Positions 56,476 to 57,877 of a DNA stretch of 57,877 nt are shown here, piece by piece (the first letter of the stretch is position 1; each line of letters opens with the position of its first letter). The notes under the pieces were generated by a model. The model ran no database searches and was not told the origin of the DNA. It saw only the letters and a program-made list of their open reading frames with translations. The position numbers and the translations under genes are program-made. Source of the stretch: Gammaproteobacteria bacterium. GTDB lineage: Bacteria; Pseudomonadota; Gammaproteobacteria; Arenicellales; Poriferihabitantaceae. The stretch covers positions 107,576-165,452 of the forward strand of contig JAALKB010000001.1 of the NCBI GenBank assembly GCA_011088265.1. The letters run 5' to 3'.

Positions 56476-57877
56476 ATGAGCAAAGAATCTCAATCACTGG
56501 AATTCGAAGAAGATAATCTCGATGTCGTTGAGGAAGATGTCAGTGTTGATGTTGAACCGGAACAACCAGCTGCAGCCCCTCCCCCTACTCCCATAGCCAC
56601 CCCAACAGGGCAACCACAATCTGATCTCAAGAAGCTTGTCCTTAAAGGAAAAGCACAGGGATTTTTGACCTACGCTGAGATCAACGATCACCTACCCGAA
56701 AATATGCACGATACCGACCAAATAGAGGTCGTTGTTAATATGATCAATGATATGGGCATTGAGGTTGTAGATAAAGCGCCCGACATTGACAGCATGACGC
56801 TCAAAAGAGACAACCCTGAAGACCAGGAAGTTGCCGAAGAAGTCAGTGCCGCACTAAAAACAGCCGTTGAAAGCGAATTTGGACGAACCACCGACCCCGT
56901 TCGAATGTATATGCGGGAAATGGGGACGGTAGAATTGTTAACCCGGGAAGATGAAATTGCGTTAGCAAAACGAATCGAAGCCGGCAACCGTCAGAGCGCT
57001 CAAGCGGTTGCACTGGCCCCGGTTGCGATCCGCAAGCTACTTAATTTTGCGGATAGTATCGAAATGGGAGACATGAAGCTCTCCGACGTGGTCATCGACT
57101 TTATGGAACTCGACGCCCTGGATGATGAAACCGTTGCCATCCCAGGAGAGCCCGGACAAAACGCACAGGAAGAAGAAGATTCCCCTAGCGGTCCTGACTA
57201 TGATGACGCCGTCGTACGTTTCAAACGCATGCGACGAACCTGGAAAGCTCTCGAGGCTGCTTGGGAAAAACATGCTATTGATAGCAAACAAGCACTGAAG
57301 AATCGTCAAAAGCTTGGCGATGAGCTACTGCAAATAAAATTCGTTCCCGTTAAATTCGAAGCATTAGCCGCTACCTTACGTGACAGCATGACTGAGATCC
57401 GAAGCTGCGAACGAAAAATTGCTAAATATTGCGTAACCTATGGAAAAGTACCCCGAGAAACTTTTCTGCAATATTTCTCTGGCAACCAAGGGGATATGGA
57501 TCAATTTGAAAAACTTGTTGTCGCATGTTCAGATAACGCTCCTCGATTGGAAAAATACCGGAACACAATCTCCGAATGCTGCGATCAGTTAGTAAGGTGC
57601 CAGCAGAATACCGGGCTCGATATCGCTGAATTAAAAGACCTAAGTCGAAAACTGTCCATCGGCGAAGCGAAAGCGCGCCGAGCCAAGAAAGAAATGGTGG
57701 AAGCAAATTTGAGACTCGTTATCTCAATCGCCAAAAAGTACACTAACAGGGGCTTGCAATTCCTGGACTTGATTCAGGAAGGGAACATTGGCCTTATGAA
57801 AGCCGTCGATAAATTTGAATATCGCCGGGGATACAAGTTTTCAACCTACGCCACATGGTGGATCAGACAAGCAATTA
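56476..57877 (+). CDS. rpoD: RNA polymerase sigma-70 factor RpoD (3' end outside the window)
   Basis: Open frame from the ATG at 56476 to the window end, translated by hand. Contains [31 protein letters not shown] and [31 protein letters not shown]. It is absent from the ORF track because it has no stop codon. Confidence 0.95.
   Translation, partial: MSKESQSLEFEEDNLDVVEEDVSVDVEPEQPAAAPPPTPIATPTGQPQSDLKKLVLKGKAQGFLTYAEINDHLPENMHDTDQIEVVVNMINDMGIEVVDKAPDIDSMTLKRDNPEDQEVAEEVSAALKTAVESEFGRTTDPVRMYMREMGTVELLTREDEIALAKRIEAGNRQSAQAVALAPVAIRKLLNFADSIEMGDMKLSDVVIDFMELDALDDETVAIPGEPGQNAQEEEDSPSGPDYDDAVVRFKRMRRTWKALEAAWEKHAIDSKQALKNRQKLGDELLQIKFVPVKFEALAATLRDSMTEIRSCERKIAKYCVTYGKVPRETFLQYFSGNQGDMDQFEKLVVACSDNAPRLEKYRNTISECCDQLVRCQQNTGLDIAELKDLSRKLSIGEAKARRAKKEMVEANLRLVISIAKKYTNRGLQFLDLIQEGNIGLMKAVDKFEYRRGYKFSTYATWWIRQAI

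Noticed and set aside
56494-57706. Four minus-strand ORFs (65-99 aa) listed in the track across 56.5-57.7 kb
   Set aside because: The plus strand here is an uninterrupted rpoD reading frame with textbook sigma-70 motifs. The track omits it only because it has no stop codon inside the window.
1-57877. Search for mobile elements, prophage, toxin-antitoxin or defence-system genes
   Set aside because: I recognised no integrase, transposase, recombinase, restriction-modification, Cas, abortive-infection, toxin-antitoxin or phage structural motifs in any ORF. The accessory character of the window is metabolic (sulfur and guanidino compounds) rather than mobile or defensive.

Overview
57.9-kb chromosomal segment that looks gammaproteobacterial, judged from gene content and synteny (pmbA-tldD, prfC, uup, cytochrome c4/engB, leuS-lptE-holA, dnaG-rpoD). 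GC looks mid-40s % by eye; I did not compute it. I support 53 protein-coding genes, including a 3'-truncated rpoD that runs off the window end and is absent from the ORF track. I saw no rRNA, tRNA, CRISPR array, transposase, integrase or phage genes.

Layout:
- 0.1-10 kb: housekeeping genes.
- 10-13.5 kb: poorly characterised genes (hydrolase, degenerate TrpD-like protein, secreted MBL hydrolase), plus an orphan terminator.
- 13.7-29.9 kb: a sulfur/thiol-redox island. It holds four SoxW/COG2143-type thioredoxin modules, a 1-Cys peroxiredoxin fused end-to-end with an ArsR regulator, a Sec-signal micro-protein ending in a C-terminal Cys beside a periplasmic rhodanese, a TolC-like/HlyD-like pair with no pump, cysG, split YeeE + persulfide-dioxygenase-like MBL + rhodanese, an apparently C-terminally truncated soxB, and tusA-yeeE.
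- 30-35 kb: a surface-glycan fragment (fcl, GT4 initiating transferase, CapD/WbpM-type dehydratase, cysC).
- 35.8-43.8 kb: an OpuA/ProVWX-type ABC importer placed divergently to an amidinotransferase-fold enzyme, an M20 carbamoyl-amidase, a cupin and an agmatinase-family ureohydrolase. I infer a guanidino/ureido-compound catabolic island.
- 44-57.9 kb: housekeeping genes.

The most unexpected sequence-level signal is a series of at least 10 unrelated short tandem duplications (12-28 bp, about 2 copies). All lie in non-coding DNA or across stop codons. There are also two long nested inverted repeats in intergenic regions.

All family assignments rest on motifs I recognise in the translations. 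No searches were run.
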